Below, in pieces: positions 1 to 12,995 of a DNA stretch of 64,000 nt. How positions within the stretch are numbered: the stretch's first letter is position 1; the number at the start of each line of letters is the position of its first letter. A model generated the notes under the pieces. It saw only the letters and a program-made list of their open reading frames with translations, did no database searches and was not told the DNA's origin. Position numbers and translations under genes: made by a program. Origin of the DNA: the human T2T-CHM13v2.0 reference genome, Homo sapiens; the NCBI RefSeq assembly GCF_009914755.1, contig NC_060929.1. One strand, 5' to 3'.

Positions 1-109
1 CAAGGGGATGAGGGAAGGGTGAGGCTTAAAAGCTTTCAGCAGTCAAACATCAAAAAATGAAGTTGGATTCCTCATCACACATATTAAAGCAGACGAATGT
101 ATCTTTAAT

Positions 110-1240
110 CTATCATGAGTCCCCATGTAACCATCACAAAGCTTCAAATGTTTTAATATAATTTTTCGTTTCTTCTAAACTCCTTACCACTTCCCCACTC
201 ACATCAGATTACTTTGAGGTAGCTCCTAAGTATTCGAGTATTTCATTTGTAAATATTTCACTATATATCTAAAATATAAACTTTACTTTTAATAAGTAAC
301 AATAATTATTTAATATTATCAAATATTCATTTTGTGCTCATATTTTTACAATTGGCTTATAAATTTTTTTTAAGTTTTTTTTTGTTAAAACTAGGATTCA
401 ACCAAGGAACATAGTTAGTTAATATTATTCTTATGCCTCTAATAATCTACAGGTTTCTACTATAGCTAATATTTTTTCCTTATGATTTTATTACTGAAGA
501 TACCAAGTTGTTTGTCTTATGGAGTTTCCATCTTTCTAACTTCTGCTGTTTGCATCCTCAAGGTGTCTTTGAACAGCTTGTTCCCCTGTCTCTTTTATTT
601 CCTATAAGTTGATAGTAATATTTAGAGGTTTGATCACATTGAAGTTTGATAGCTAGCTAGCTAGCTAAATAATAGATTGATAGGATGATGGATGAATGGA
701 TGGATGGATAGATGGATGGACAGATAGGTGGGTAGCTAGATAATAGGATGGATTAATAGATAGAGATAAATATACAGATGATGGATAGATAAAGATATTT
801 TTCTTTCTTTGTTGGCAAGACTACTTGATTGGTGGTGCTGTATACATCCATTAGGAGGCACATGATTTCTGTTTGCATTTTTTAAATGTCACGTCAGGAG
901 CTGTTGATGGTCAGTTCACAGATCCGTTAATTCACTAAGGGTTGTAAAATGGTGATCTCCTGATTCTAACATTCCTTCCTCATTAGATAAAACATTTTCT
1001 AAGGAAGAACTACTCTTTATCTAGTACTTGCTTACCCTCAGTTATAGTTCTTACAGGAAAATTAAGGTAGATGCTTGATTCTTTCCATGTATTTATTATA
1101 TTTAAAATGAGTTGGTATTCTTGTATCCTCCAAAGGCAATCTCTGAGTTTGTTGAAGGCTTTTTTTAAGTCATGCTTTGAACTCCTTATGCCAAAATTCT
1201 CTTCAGTGGCAGACTTCTTCACCAATTGCCTTTGCATTTT
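110..1240 (-). mobile_element. Old L1 (L1MC4/L1MC5-like) 3' UTR fragment
   Basis: Motifs such as ggcaagactacttgattggtggtgctgtatacatccattaggaggcacatgatttctg resemble the reverse complement of the L1MC 3' end; boundaries approximate. Confidence 0.55.
648..795. repeat. Compound (TAGC)n/(GGAT)n/(TAGA)n microsatellite
   Basis: Directly visible tetranucleotide runs. Confidence 0.85.
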
Positions 1241-2460
1241 TAGCCTTAATTTTTTCTTTTCTGGAAAGACTCATTTGCTTAATTATCCAGTAACTCATTT
1301 CCGTAAGCTGAACTGAGACAGATACTGGCTACAAGGAGCCTATGTGATTTCTTAAAGAAACTGTATTCCTTGCAGAAAACATAATGTTTAACAAAGTTTA
1401 AGCATGGATGTTTAAAAAAAGACATCTAAATGTCTTTCCTAATAAGATGCAACATTCTTTTTCTCTATTCAGGGATTTTCTTCCCAGAATAGCTTATTCC
1501 ATGGAGAAATAAATGTTTTAAGTTTGGATCAGTTCTCAACTACAGAGATCTATGAGCCTCACCACCCACCCCGCAACCCCACCTCACACCCATAACTTAA
1601 AATGGTCAGAATTATATACCCTTGGTTACATTTCTAATTTAGAAAACTTTCCATTTGTAATTTCTCAGGATTATTACATAATCAGCTAATTATGTCTACT
1701 TCAAACTTTTAAGCAACTTGGGGCTACCAGGAGGTCCGGTCTGGCTCTCTGTGGTGACCCTGGAAATTGCTCAGCCCAAACAAGCAGATTCTGCTACCAG
1801 TGCTTTTGGCTCCATTGCCGGCATGTTTGCTGTTAGTTGACAACATTTTTATCTGACTTCTGCTAAAATTAACCTCACTTGGAATACAGTCTTTCTGTTT
1901 CATCAGTGTAATTACTGGCCCTAGAATGCCTTCCCAAAGCTGTTGTTTATAATGATTCATGCAGCAGAAAATACACAACGTGGTTCTTGAGAGCCAAGCA
2001 ATGACAATTCAATCCTGGGATAGAAAATGAAAAAAGAATCAGTATAAAAAAGCAAGGATACATAAGATTTATTCCTCTTTAAGTGAATCTTTTTTTTTTT
2101 TTTTTTTGGTGGAGGAAACACAGACACACACACAAAGCCTGCACTTTTAAACATCTCTCATTCTAAAAATCAATGAACAACATCTATTTGATAACTCATC
2201 TTGGCCAGGTTAATTATAGACTGGGTAAACTATATGCAAGGACAAAATAAGGGACAGCTTCTGGTATCATTTCAAGAGTAATAAGAAGGGCCTATGTTTC
2301 TCCAAATATTTTCTCTGTCCTGGTATATAACTGTAATGTCACCATTCGTGCTTCATTCCTTCAGCTGAAGGATTGGGTCTGGTTAAATTTCTAGGACAGC
2401 TATTTTCCTCGGTGTGAATGGTGGACAAGTTCTTGCCAGCATCAAGTTTAGCTTGAGGAA

Positions 2461-2635
2461 GCTGTTCTCAACCCTGCTCATTAAAATCACCTAGGAAGCT
2501 TTTGCAAAACCCAGCCAAGAGGGCTCTACTGTAGACCAATTGAATTACAATCTCTCAGGTGGGCCTGGGTACCATTAACTTTTAAAGTTAAAGTGTCCCA
2601 TGTAGCTTCTAATGCGGGGCTAAGGTTATGAGGGC
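2461..2635. mobile_element. MER5-family hAT-Charlie MITE
   Basis: gttctcaaccctgctcattaaaatcacctaggaagctttt...ttctaatgcggggctaaggtt matches the MER5 layout. Confidence 0.65.
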
Positions 2636-2859
2636 TTAGAGATGAGCAGATAGGGGCCAGGCATAGTGTGAGGGCACAGTGTGTGCACACTGACAAACTC
2701 CACCAGTTTGTCAGGAAAGAAGGAAGAACAGCAAGCCAGGCCTGACAAGGCTGTACATAAACCAGAGAGACCTGTTTCTTACTCGAAACATCCCCTTCAC
2801 ACTGCTCTCTAGGTCTATCTAATAGGCAGGTCCTCCTCTTGTTCACAGGGAGGGGAGCT

Positions 2860-3248
2860 GTGACCCTGACCTTGCCAACTGGAGTGTTGCATCTCTCTAA
2901 AATAGTGATTGGTTTGGGGTGGACCCAGACTAGGCCAATCAGAACCAATAGCCATCAGTTCCAGGGCTTTTATTGGAAGAGTTAAGAAAGAATTCTTTTC
3001 CCACTAAGTTGTTCAAATGGAAGCACGAGCTGCTAGTGGCCATCAGACCATACTGAGGGAAGAAGTTGCCTGAGAACAAAGCCAACATGAGGAAGCAGAG
3101 CTGGGATTGAGACAGCCAATCCCAGCGATACTGGATCTTGCCTAACATATTGCCTAGACCTTACAGTTGTGTGAGTTAAACTCTTTTGCTTGAGTCATTT
3201 AGAATTAAATTATTGATAAATTGTAACAAAAATTCTGAATAATAGACA
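2860..3248 (+). mobile_element. MLT1 (MaLR) LTR fragment, old subfamily (MLT1J/K/L-like)
   Basis: ggccaatcagaa box, aagccaacatgaggaagcagag and a 3' end resembling the MLT1 terminus. Confidence 0.55.
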
Positions 3249-4500
3249 AGTGGAGAAGCAAAAATGAGTCAAGGAAATTGTCTGGATTTCAGGGTCAGAT
3301 CTTGTTACAACCTCTACCCTGGAGGTAGACTTGGTTGGTTAGACAGGGGTAAAAGTTACTGTAAGATACAGAAAAGAATTCAAAATTTTCTTAGTGTTTC
3401 CAAGTTAATATGTTAGACTCTCTATTTTAATTGTAAATAAATATCATAAAGAAGAGTTATAGTTATGCATTTAGGTATGCTCCTAATTTTAAAAAATCCA
3501 CAGTCCTTCTTTTCTTACTGAGTTAATCTGAGCTACATTAGTCATACCATTAGTTAATAATCACCAACACTTAACCTTCTATGGTAAATCAACCTCTCAT
3601 GAAAAACATAGTTTACAAATGTAAGTAAAAACATAGTTTTCTGCAACAAATACTCTAATAAATTGGGTTTCTATACATATCATAGTCTAGTCTAGTCTGG
3701 AACTTACAAGTCAACATTCCTTGAAATTACTCAAATCAGCATCTCAATATTTTAAGAAAGCTGAATGTCCTCCATAGTAAACAGAGACAATATTCAATTT
3801 TATGATGACAAGACACAGAATAAGTTTATCTTCAACTATCATTTTATAGTAACCATTATGATAATATTTGTCACCTTATCTTATTTATCTAAGATGTAAT
3901 GGCCCATTCAAGACTTATCCTCACAAATCTCAAGCGTCAACAGACTCCCATTCTTTCCTGGTTCTTTATGAACAATTGCTATTTGGAACTGATAATCTGT
4001 GAACTTTAGTTATACTCTTTAACTAAAGTTGATTTAAATAAAATCAGGCTTATAATTTCCTGATTTTACAGGTTTATTCTCAAAATGCCCCAATCTTGTG
4101 TTTTCTCTGTGAAGCAGATAGTGTGGGATATGGTGTTAGGGGCAAGACCTGTGCTAAAGAGTGAAGGAATGACCTTAGGACCAAGCTATGAGTCACCAAA
4201 ATCCCAAGTACAAGGCTAAACCATAACATGTGGGTGTCCCAGGTCAAACTAATCATCTAGTGCCCTAAGTGATACTCCTTAAGTTTGTTCAATATTTAGT
4301 GATGTGTGAACTACCAGCAAGCAGTTTTTGTTCATTGGTTGCTTGGTTTCATGTTGTAATTGTTGTTAATTTCCACTTGAGGGTAATGATTTCTTCAGCA
4401 GGTATGGGACCAATTAATGTTTCAGGAATTATGTAAGAGGTTGCATATGGAAACCCAAAGTAACTGGTGCCATAATTCTGACTTATCCCAAGTATATCTT

Positions 4501-5704
4501 TTTTTTTCATTCTTTCCTTTTATTGTTGCTGAGAATATCATATTCTTACTTTTAAACAACTCTGACAAACATAGTATTTTCTTTTTATTTATTTTTATTA
4601 TACTTTTAAGTTCTAGGGTACGTGTGCACAACGTGTAGGTTTGTTACATGCGTATACATGTGCCATGTTGGTGTGCCGCACCCATTAACTGGTCATTTAC
4701 GTTAGGTATCTCCTAATGCTATCCCTCTCCCCTTCCCCCACCCCACAACAGTCCCCGGTGTGTGATGTTCCCCATCCTGTGTCAGTGTTCTCATTGTTCA
4801 ATTCCCACCTATGAGTGAGAACATGTGGTGTTTGGTTTTTGTCCTTGCAATAGTTTGCTGAGAATGATGGTTTCCAGCTTCATCCATGTCCCTACAAAGG
4901 ACATGAACTCATCCTTTTTTATGGCTGCATACTATTCCATGGTGTATATGTGCCACATTTTCTTAATCCAGTCTATCATTGATGGACATTTGGGTTGGTT
5001 CCAAGTCTTTGCTATTGTGAATAGTGCCTCAATAAACATACGTGTGCATATGTCTTTATAGCATCATGATGTGCAATCCTTTGGGTATATACCCAGTAAT
5101 GGGATGGCTGGGTTAAATGGTATTTCTAGTTCTAGATCCTTGAGGAATCGCCATAGTGTCTTCCACAATGGTTGAACTAGTTTACAGTCCCACCAACAGT
5201 GTAAAAGTGTTCTTATTTCTCCACATCCTCCTGTTGTTTCCTGACTTTTTAATGATTGCCATTCTAACTGGTTTGAGATGGTATCTCATTGTGGTTTTGA
5301 TTTGCATTTGTCTGATGGCCAGTGATGATGAGCATTTTTTCATGTGTCTGTTGGCTGCATAAATGTCTTTTTTCAAAAAGTGTCTGTTCATATCCTTCGC
5401 CTACTTTTTGATGGGGTTGTTTGATTTTTTCTTGTAAATTTGTTTAAGTTCTTTGTAGATTCTGGATATTAGCCCTTTGTCAGATGGGTAGATTGTAAAA
5501 ATTTTCTCCCATTCTGTAGGTTGCCTTGTTCACTCTGAGGGTAGTTTCTTTTGCTGTGCAGAAGCTCTTTAATTTAATTAGATCCCATTTGTCAATTTCG
5601 GCTTTTCTTGCCATTGCTTTTGGTGTTTTACTCATGAAGTCCTTGCCCATGCCTATGTCCTGAATGGTATTGCCTAGGTTTTCTTCTAGGGTTTTTATGG
5701 TTTC
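4501..5704 (-). mobile_element. 5'-truncated L1PA (L1PA4-6-like) insertion with short 3' transduction and 17-bp TSD
   Basis: L1 3' UTR (tacttttaagttctagggtac...) from ~4590; ORF2 C-terminal remnant 5182-5391; TSD TATCCCAAGTATATCTT at 4484-4500 and 5705-5721. Confidence 0.93.
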
Positions 5705-7614
5705 TATCCCAAGTATATCTTAACATGGCTTATAAACTAGTGACTCCACTGACATGTTTTCTTATCCCGCCTTTGACCTGTCATCCTTTTGGAGCAAGCC
5801 ATTGCATAGATTTAATCTCAGTACAAGGGTAGCTATTGTCCCTGGGCCATAACTAAGTCAAAGGGTTATTTTCTCTGAGACTTCACTTTCTGCGGTAGGT
5901 GCATTCTGCCACTATCCCAAAGGGAGACGAAGAGCTCTGTCCCCAGACCACCTTCATTCCCTGTCATTCTAATGTATGTCTTTTACTCCATCCTACAGGC
6001 TCAGTGAGACCACAGCAGGTCCTCAGCCCATCTCTCACCCTGAATATTTCCTAGGAAGGAGTCAGACACCAGTTCAGTGTGTCCTCCTAACTTAAGGGGA
6101 CACATGTCATATTCTCCAACAGATCCCATCAAAGCCCCTCTCTCTTGACTCGGCCTGCAAGGGAAGTACCCACACACATATAAACCTTTCCTCCTTGAGG
6201 ACTAGGTGTCCGATGAAATCCTTTTCACAAATTCTCCCTGATCTCCAACAACTGACCTTCTTTATCCTTGAGGTAATAGAGAGGTGTCTGAATCATATAA
6301 CTACTTTTGGGGTATTTGCTTGGAAATTCCTATAGGATGCTCTCACAGCTCATATTTTGATGTGATACTTATCACCCAAGGATTCAGCCAAAACTTCCAT
6401 TTTAACTTTCGGTTCCCAGCAAGAACTAATAGCTAGCTCATAGCAGCACCAAAACCCCATAAAGTCTGCAAGATAAAAAAGATCCTTTACCAACTACGTT
6501 TAAGACAACAACCCTCCATAATATCACACCTGGAGAACAATCACTTCATGACCACCTTGTACACTATGTTTTAGTCTCTGAAGCTACATACCTTTTGGGG
6601 AGAGAGCTTGATGAACACCATTGCTTTGACTCATTCTAAACACAAGCCACCTTGGCTGCCTGACATATCCCTCTCTTTAATCTACCTGGTAAATAGTGTC
6701 AGATTCATTCCCCATGTGTACTGCAGATTAAAAAGGCACCCAAGTTCAGCTCAGCAGCATTTCAAAAGTCAAAACTGCTATAAATAAATACAAGACATCT
6801 TTCCATTCTGAAGTTCGGTAATTCAAGACTATGCATCTTTGTGTTTGGGGCCCTCTAAATAACAGGGCAGATAAATCCATAGTTTGACATTAGATGAGGC
6901 ATGGAGTCTTCTAAATATTTACAGAAGCAGTAGGTTCTTTAATTATTTTGGAATAGCAATTATAAAAATAATGCATGCTCACTAATTAAGTACCAATGCT
7001 GACCTGGATAAAGAACAGCATCTAAATAAATACTTGAATTCTACCATCTAAAATATCCATGATTAAAAGGAGATAAATGTCATTTTAGACACGGTTCTAT
7101 CCATACAAACGAATATATAATAGATAGCTAGTTTAAATAGCTAGATAGATAAATGGAGAGAAATACCTCCTTCTTTTAAAAGCAAGAATACAATTGAAAA
7201 TACCATCAAATACATCCAAGCTTCTTTCTAAGCATTAATTACATTATACTGCATTTCATTCATTTAAAATATCAGGGCTCTGTTTTGTCTCTAAGAAAAG
7301 AAGCAAAAAAGGGAATCCCCTTCGGAGATGTCTGGGGAAAAGTTAGATTAGAAAGCCAAGGCAGATTCCTGCAATTTCCACAAAAGCACTGGCAGATACT
7401 GGAGCAGAGAGAGACTGTGAGAGGCTGAGAGCTGAGAGTGCCTGGGGACCAGAGGAAGTTTATGGTTATGCTTCATTTGAACAGGAAGATAGTTACAAGG
7501 GTATTTGATCTCTCACACTTTGCTCGCTCTTGAGTTGTGGTCTTGTTTATTGATCATTTTACTTATATTAAAGATAAAATTGTGTCTGTGAATGAATATC
7601 CATGGCCCTATTTT

Positions 7615-7900
7615 CAATAGCAAATGCTTCCTACATACTCTATTAGGTTCTGGAGATACAGAGACCATCCCTGCACTTAAGATATTTGCAGTTCATCATT
7701 GAGCAATGGCAGTAAGATGTGGTAAGTACTACAATAAAATGATTTACAAAGAGCTCTCAGAACAAAATAAAGAAAAAGAAGTTGCTTAGTCTTAGGCACT
7801 CCAGGAAAAGGGAGTGGTGTGTGCAACAATCTAGGAGGTGACAATACCTGATTTATTTCTGGAATGGGAACTAGTTCCATAGGCAGAGGAGGCTGCCTTG
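7615..7900 (-). mobile_element. L2 fragment
   Basis: cctacatactctattaggttctggagatacagag...ccctgcact resembles the antisense L2 3' end. Confidence 0.5.
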
Positions 7901-8330
7901 TCAGCACCCCTGTGTGAGTTTGCTGACTCTGATGCACACACCTCTAGGCTGCCACGGATTTTGTAAGTCAAGTAAAAAGAAAGAGGAAATGGCATGAGGG
8001 CTTACCCAGGTGCCAATCAAGTAACTGTGACATCTTGAAACCATCCTGGTGTTTAGGTTAAACATGCACCTTTGAGAAAGCCATCTCACTTTCTTGTTTA
8101 ATTAATTAGTCAAAGAAATTATGTGACAGTTACGTGCAGTAGACTGGAGTCAACTGCAACAACTTTCTCTTCCCTATTCCACCCTCAGACCCCAGCCTCT
8201 CATTAATTCCTTCCTTTGTTCCTACTTAGTGCATTCAGAGGAATAATGTTTTCAAATACATTTATTTTAAAATAAAAAGATCCTTGAAGGTATCCTCGAG
8301 TAACTCTCAGAACACTTTTCCAAGAATTCT

Positions 8331-8461
8331 AGGAAGGGAGGGAGGGAGGGAGGAAGGGAGGAAAGGAGGAAGGACAGAAGGAAGAGAGAAAGGGAGGAAG
8401 GAAGGAAGGGAGGGGAAGGGAAGGGGAGGGGAGGGGAGGGCAGGGGAGGGGAGGGGAGGGG

Positions 8462-8531
<70 letters not shown>
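8331..8531. repeat. ~200-bp polypurine tract: (GGAA/GGGA/GGGGA)n then (GA)n
   Basis: Only two C residues in ~200 nt of A/G. Confidence 0.95.
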
Positions 8532-8534
<3 letters not shown>

Positions 8535-8587
8535 AAAACACTTACAGATTTTAGAAATGTCCTTCCCTAAGCAGGATATTCTCTTTA

Positions 8588-8757
8588 GGTAGGTTCTTCC
8601 AGACCATCAACATCACCTGGTAACTTGTAAAAATGCTGTTTCTCCAGCCCCACCCCAGACCCATGGAACCAGAAACTCTTGGGTTGGAACCCAGCCATCT
8701 GCATTCTAACAAGCTTCCAGGTGATTATGATAAACACATATGTTTGACAACTATTAT
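8588..8757. mobile_element. MER5A hAT-Charlie MITE
   Basis: catcaacatcacctggtaacttgtaaaaatgc...ccccaccccagacc...ttctaacaagcttccaggtgatt. Confidence 0.8.
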
Positions 8758-9329
8758 CCTAGAGTAATAAATATGGGCCCAGGACAGCCTACATGGCCAC
8801 AAATACTTCTCACAAAAAAACTTCCATTTATGTTACAAAAATGTTTATTCATTTAAATTTATTCCTTGGGACCAAAGCACAAGACTCTTCCAGTAGCCAT
8901 ATCTTACTAGGGGGAGTTACAGCCACAGACTCACAGACCTAGAGGGGCACCTCAAGGGTTGTCTCCTCCAAACCTCTTTTTTTCCATTTTTTATTTCCAT
9001 AGGTTATTGGGGAACAAGTGGTGTTTGGTTACATAAGTAAGTTATTTAGTGGTGATTTGTGAGATTATGGTGCATCCATCACCTAAGCAGTATACACTGC
9101 ACACAATTTGTAGTCTTTTATCCCCCACTCCCTTCCCACCTTTTACCCCTGAGTCCCCAAAGTCCATTGTGTCATTCTTATGCCTTTGCATCCTCATAGC
9201 TTAGCTCCCACTTATGAATGAGAACATATAATGTTTGGTTTTCTATTCCTAAGTTACTTTACTGAGAATAATAGTCTCCAGTATCATCCAGTTCACTACA
9301 AATGTTGTTAATTCATTCCTTTTTAGGCT

Positions 9330-9456
9330 GAGTAGTATTCTAGAATATATATATGTATACATATATATGTATGTATGTGTATGTATATGTGTATATATGT
9401 GTGTGTATGTGTGTGTGTTGTGTGTGTGTGTACATATATGTGTGTGTGTATATATA

Positions 9457-9493
<37 letters not shown>

Positions 9494-12400
9494 CACAAAT
9501 GGTAGTTCTGTTTTTAGTTCTTTAAGGAATCTCCACACTGTTTTCCATAGTGGTCGTGCTAGTTTACATTCCCACCAGCAGTGTAGAAGTGGGCCCTGTT
9601 CACCTCATCCACACCAACATCTGTAATTTTTTATTTTTTTTATTATTTTTTTATTATGGCCATTCTTGCAGGAGTAAGGTGGTATCGCATTGTGGTTTTG
9701 ATTTGCATTTCCTTGATCATTAGCAATGTTGAGCACTTTTTCATATGTATGTTGTCCATTTGTATATCCTCTTTTGAGAATTGTCTATTCATGTCCTTAG
9801 CCCACTTTTTGATGAGATTGCTTTTTCTTGCTAATTTGTTTGAGCTTGTTGTAGGTGCTGGATATTAGTCCTTTATAAGATGTATAGATTGTGAAGGTTT
9901 TCTCCCACTCTGTGATTTGTCTGTTTACTCTGTGACTGTTCCTTTTGCCGTGCAAAAGCTCCTTAGTTTAATTAAGTCCCAGCTATTTACCTTTGTTTTT
10001 ACTGCATTTGCTTTTCAGCTCTTGGTCATGAAATCCTTGCCTAAGCCAATGTCTACAAGGGTTTTTCCAATGCTATCTTCTAGAATTTTTATAGTTTCAG
10101 GTCTTAGAATTAAGTCCTTGATCCATCTTGAGTTGATTTTTATATAAGGTGAGAGATGAGGATCCAGTTTCATTCTCCTGTATGTGGCTTGCCAGTAATC
10201 CCAGCATCTTTTGTTGAAAAAGGTGTCTTTTCCCCACTTTATGTTTTTGTTTGCTTTGTCAAAGATCACTAGTTATAAGTATTTGGGTTTATTTCTGGGC
10301 TATGCATACTGTTCCATTGCTCTATGTGCCTATTTTTATACCAGTACCATACTGTTTTGGTGACTATGGCCTTATAGTATAGTTTGAAATCAGGTAATCT
10401 GATGCCTCCAGATTTGTTCTTTTTGCTTAGTCTTGCTTTGGCTATGTGGGCTCTTTTTTGGTTCCATATGAATTTTAGGTTTGTTTTTTTCTAGTTCTGT
10501 GAAGAATTTTGGTGGTATTTTAATGGGAATTGTGTTGAATTTGTAGATTGCTTTTGGCAGTAAGGTCGTTTTCACAATATTGATTCTATCCATTGATGAG
10601 CATAGGATGTGTTTCCATTTGTTTGTGTCATCTATGATTTCTTTCAGCAATGTTTTGTTGTTTTCCTTGTAGAGGTCTTTCACCTCCTTGGTTAGGTGTA
10701 TTCCCAAGTATTTTAATTTTTTTGCAGCTATTGAAAAGTAGTTGAGTTCTTGATTTGATTCTCAGCTTGGTTGCTGTTGGTGTATAGAAGAGCTACACTG
10801 ATTTGTGTACATTTTTCTATCCGGAAACTTTGTTGAATTCTCTTCTCAGTTCTAGGAGCTTTCTGGAGTCTTTAGGGTTTTCTACATAAACAATCATATC
10901 ATCAGCAAACAGCAACAGTTTGACTTTCTCTTTACCGATTTGGATGCCCTTTATTTCTTTCTCTTTTCTGATTGCTCTGGCTAGGACTTCCAGTACTAAG
11001 TTGAAGAGAAGTAGTGAGAATGGGCATCCTTGTCTTGTTCCAGTTTTCAGAGAGAATGCTTTCAACTTTTCCCCATTCAGTATATTGGCTGTGGGTTTGT
11101 CATAGATGGCTTTTATTACATTAAGGTATGTCCCCTGCATGCCGATTTTGCTGAGAGTTTTAATCATAAAGGGATGTTGGATTTTGTCAAATGTTTTTTC
11201 TGCATCTATTGAGATGACCATGAGATTTTTGTTTTTAATTCTGTTTATGTGGTGTATCACATTTATTGACTTGCATATGTTAAACCATCCCCGCATCCCT
11301 GCTATGAAACCCACTTGATCATGGTGGGTTATCTTTTTGATATGTTGTTGGATTTGGTTAGCTAGTATTTTGTTAAGGATTTTTGCATCTATGTTCATCA
11401 GGTATATTGGTCTGTAGTTTTCTTTTTTGATTATGTTCTTTCCTGGTTTTAGTATTTGGGTGATACTGGCTTCATAGAAGATTTAGGGAGGATTCCCTCC
11501 TTCTCTATCTTGTGGAATGGTGTCAATAGGATTGGTACCAATTCTTCTTTCAATGTCTGGTAGAATTCTGCTGTGAATCCATCTGGCCCTGGACTTTTTT
11601 TGTTGAAAATTTTTTAATTGCCATTTCAATCTCATTGCTTGTTATTGGTCTATCCAGGGTATTTAATTCTTCCTGATTTAAGCTAGGAGGATTGTATTTT
11701 TCCGGAAATTTATGCCCCTCCTCTAGGTTTTCTAGTTTATGTACGTAAAGGTGTTCATAGTAGCCTTGAATAATCTTTTGTATTTCTGTGGTGTCAGTTG
11801 TAATATCTCCCATTTCATTTCTAATTGAACTTATTTGGATTTTCTCTCTTCTTTTCTTGGTTAGGCTTGCTAATGGTCTATCAATTTTATTTATCTTTTC
11901 AAAGAACCAGCTTTTTGTTTCATTTATCTTTTGTATTTTTTGTTTGTTTGTTTGTTTGTTTCAGTTTAATTTAGTTCTGCTCTGATCTTGATTATTTCCT
12001 TTCTTCTTCTGGTTTTGGGTTTGGTTTGTTCTTGTTTCTCTAGTTCCTTGAGGTGTGACCTTAGATTGTCTGTTTGTGCTCTTTCAGATTTTTTGATGTA
12101 GGCATTTAGGGCTATGGACTTTCCTCTCAGCACCACCTTTGCTGTAGCCCAGAGGTTTTGATAGGTTGTGTCACTATTATCATTCAGTTTGAAGACTTTT
12201 TTAATTTCAATCTTGATTTCATTTTTGACCCAATGCTCATTCAGGAGCAGGTAAATTTCCATGTATTTGCATGGTTTTGAAGGTTCCTTTTGGAGTTGAT
12301 TTCCAGTTTTATTCCACTGTGGTCTAAGAGAGTGCATGATATAATTTCAATTTTCTTAAATTTATTGAGGCTCGTTTTGTGGCCTATCATATGGTCTATG

Positions 12401-12995
12401 TTGGAGAAAGTTTCATGTGCTGATGAATGAAATGCATATTCAGTGGTTATTAGGTAGAGTGTTCTGTAAATATCTGTTAAGTCCGTTTGTTCCAGGGTAT
12501 AGTTTAAATCCATTGTTACTTTATTGACTGTCTTGATGACTTGTCTAGTGCTGTCAGTGGAGCACTGAAGTCCTTCACTATTATTGTGTTGCTGTCTATC
12601 TCTTAGGTCTATTAGTAATTGCTTTATAAATTTGGGAGCTACAGTGTTAGGTGCATATATATTTAGGATTGTGATATTTTCCTATTGGGCAAGGCATTTT
12701 ATCATTATATAATGTCCCTCTGTCTTTTTTAACTGCCATTGCTTTAAAGTTTGTTCTGTCTCATGTAAGAATAGCTATTCCTGCTTGCTTTTGGTGTCCA
12801 TTTGTATGGAATGTCTTTTTCCACCCCTCTACCTTAAGTTTATGTGAGTCCTTATGTGTTAGGTGAGTCTCTTGAAGGCAGCACATGGTTCATTGGTGAA
12901 TTCTTATCCATTCTGCAGTTCTGTATCTTTTAAGTGGAGCATTTGGGCCATTTACATTCAATATTAGTATTGAGATGTGAGGTATTATTCCATGT
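9330..12995 (-). pseudogene. Fragmented L1 ORF2 (endonuclease/reverse transcriptase)
   Basis: ORFs 12241-12513, 11966-12337, 11550-11813, 10817-11398, 10390-10707 and 10015-10269 are consecutive ORF2 segments separated by frameshifts and stops. Confidence 0.9.
9345..9497. repeat. (TA)/(TG) compound microsatellite inside L1PB
   Basis: Directly visible. Confidence 0.9.

Noticed and set aside
3540-6860. Sequence flanking the L1PA that looked like decayed LTR-internal or old L1 5' sequence
   Set aside because: A trial translation gave no recognisable gag/pol motif; the family could not be assigned by eye.
8267-8592. ORFs with LSLSLS / ERERER repeats
   Set aside because: Translations of the GA microsatellite.
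10817-11398. 193-aa reverse transcriptase ORF as a possible novel RT system
   Set aside because: It is a fragment of the frameshifted L1PB ORF2.
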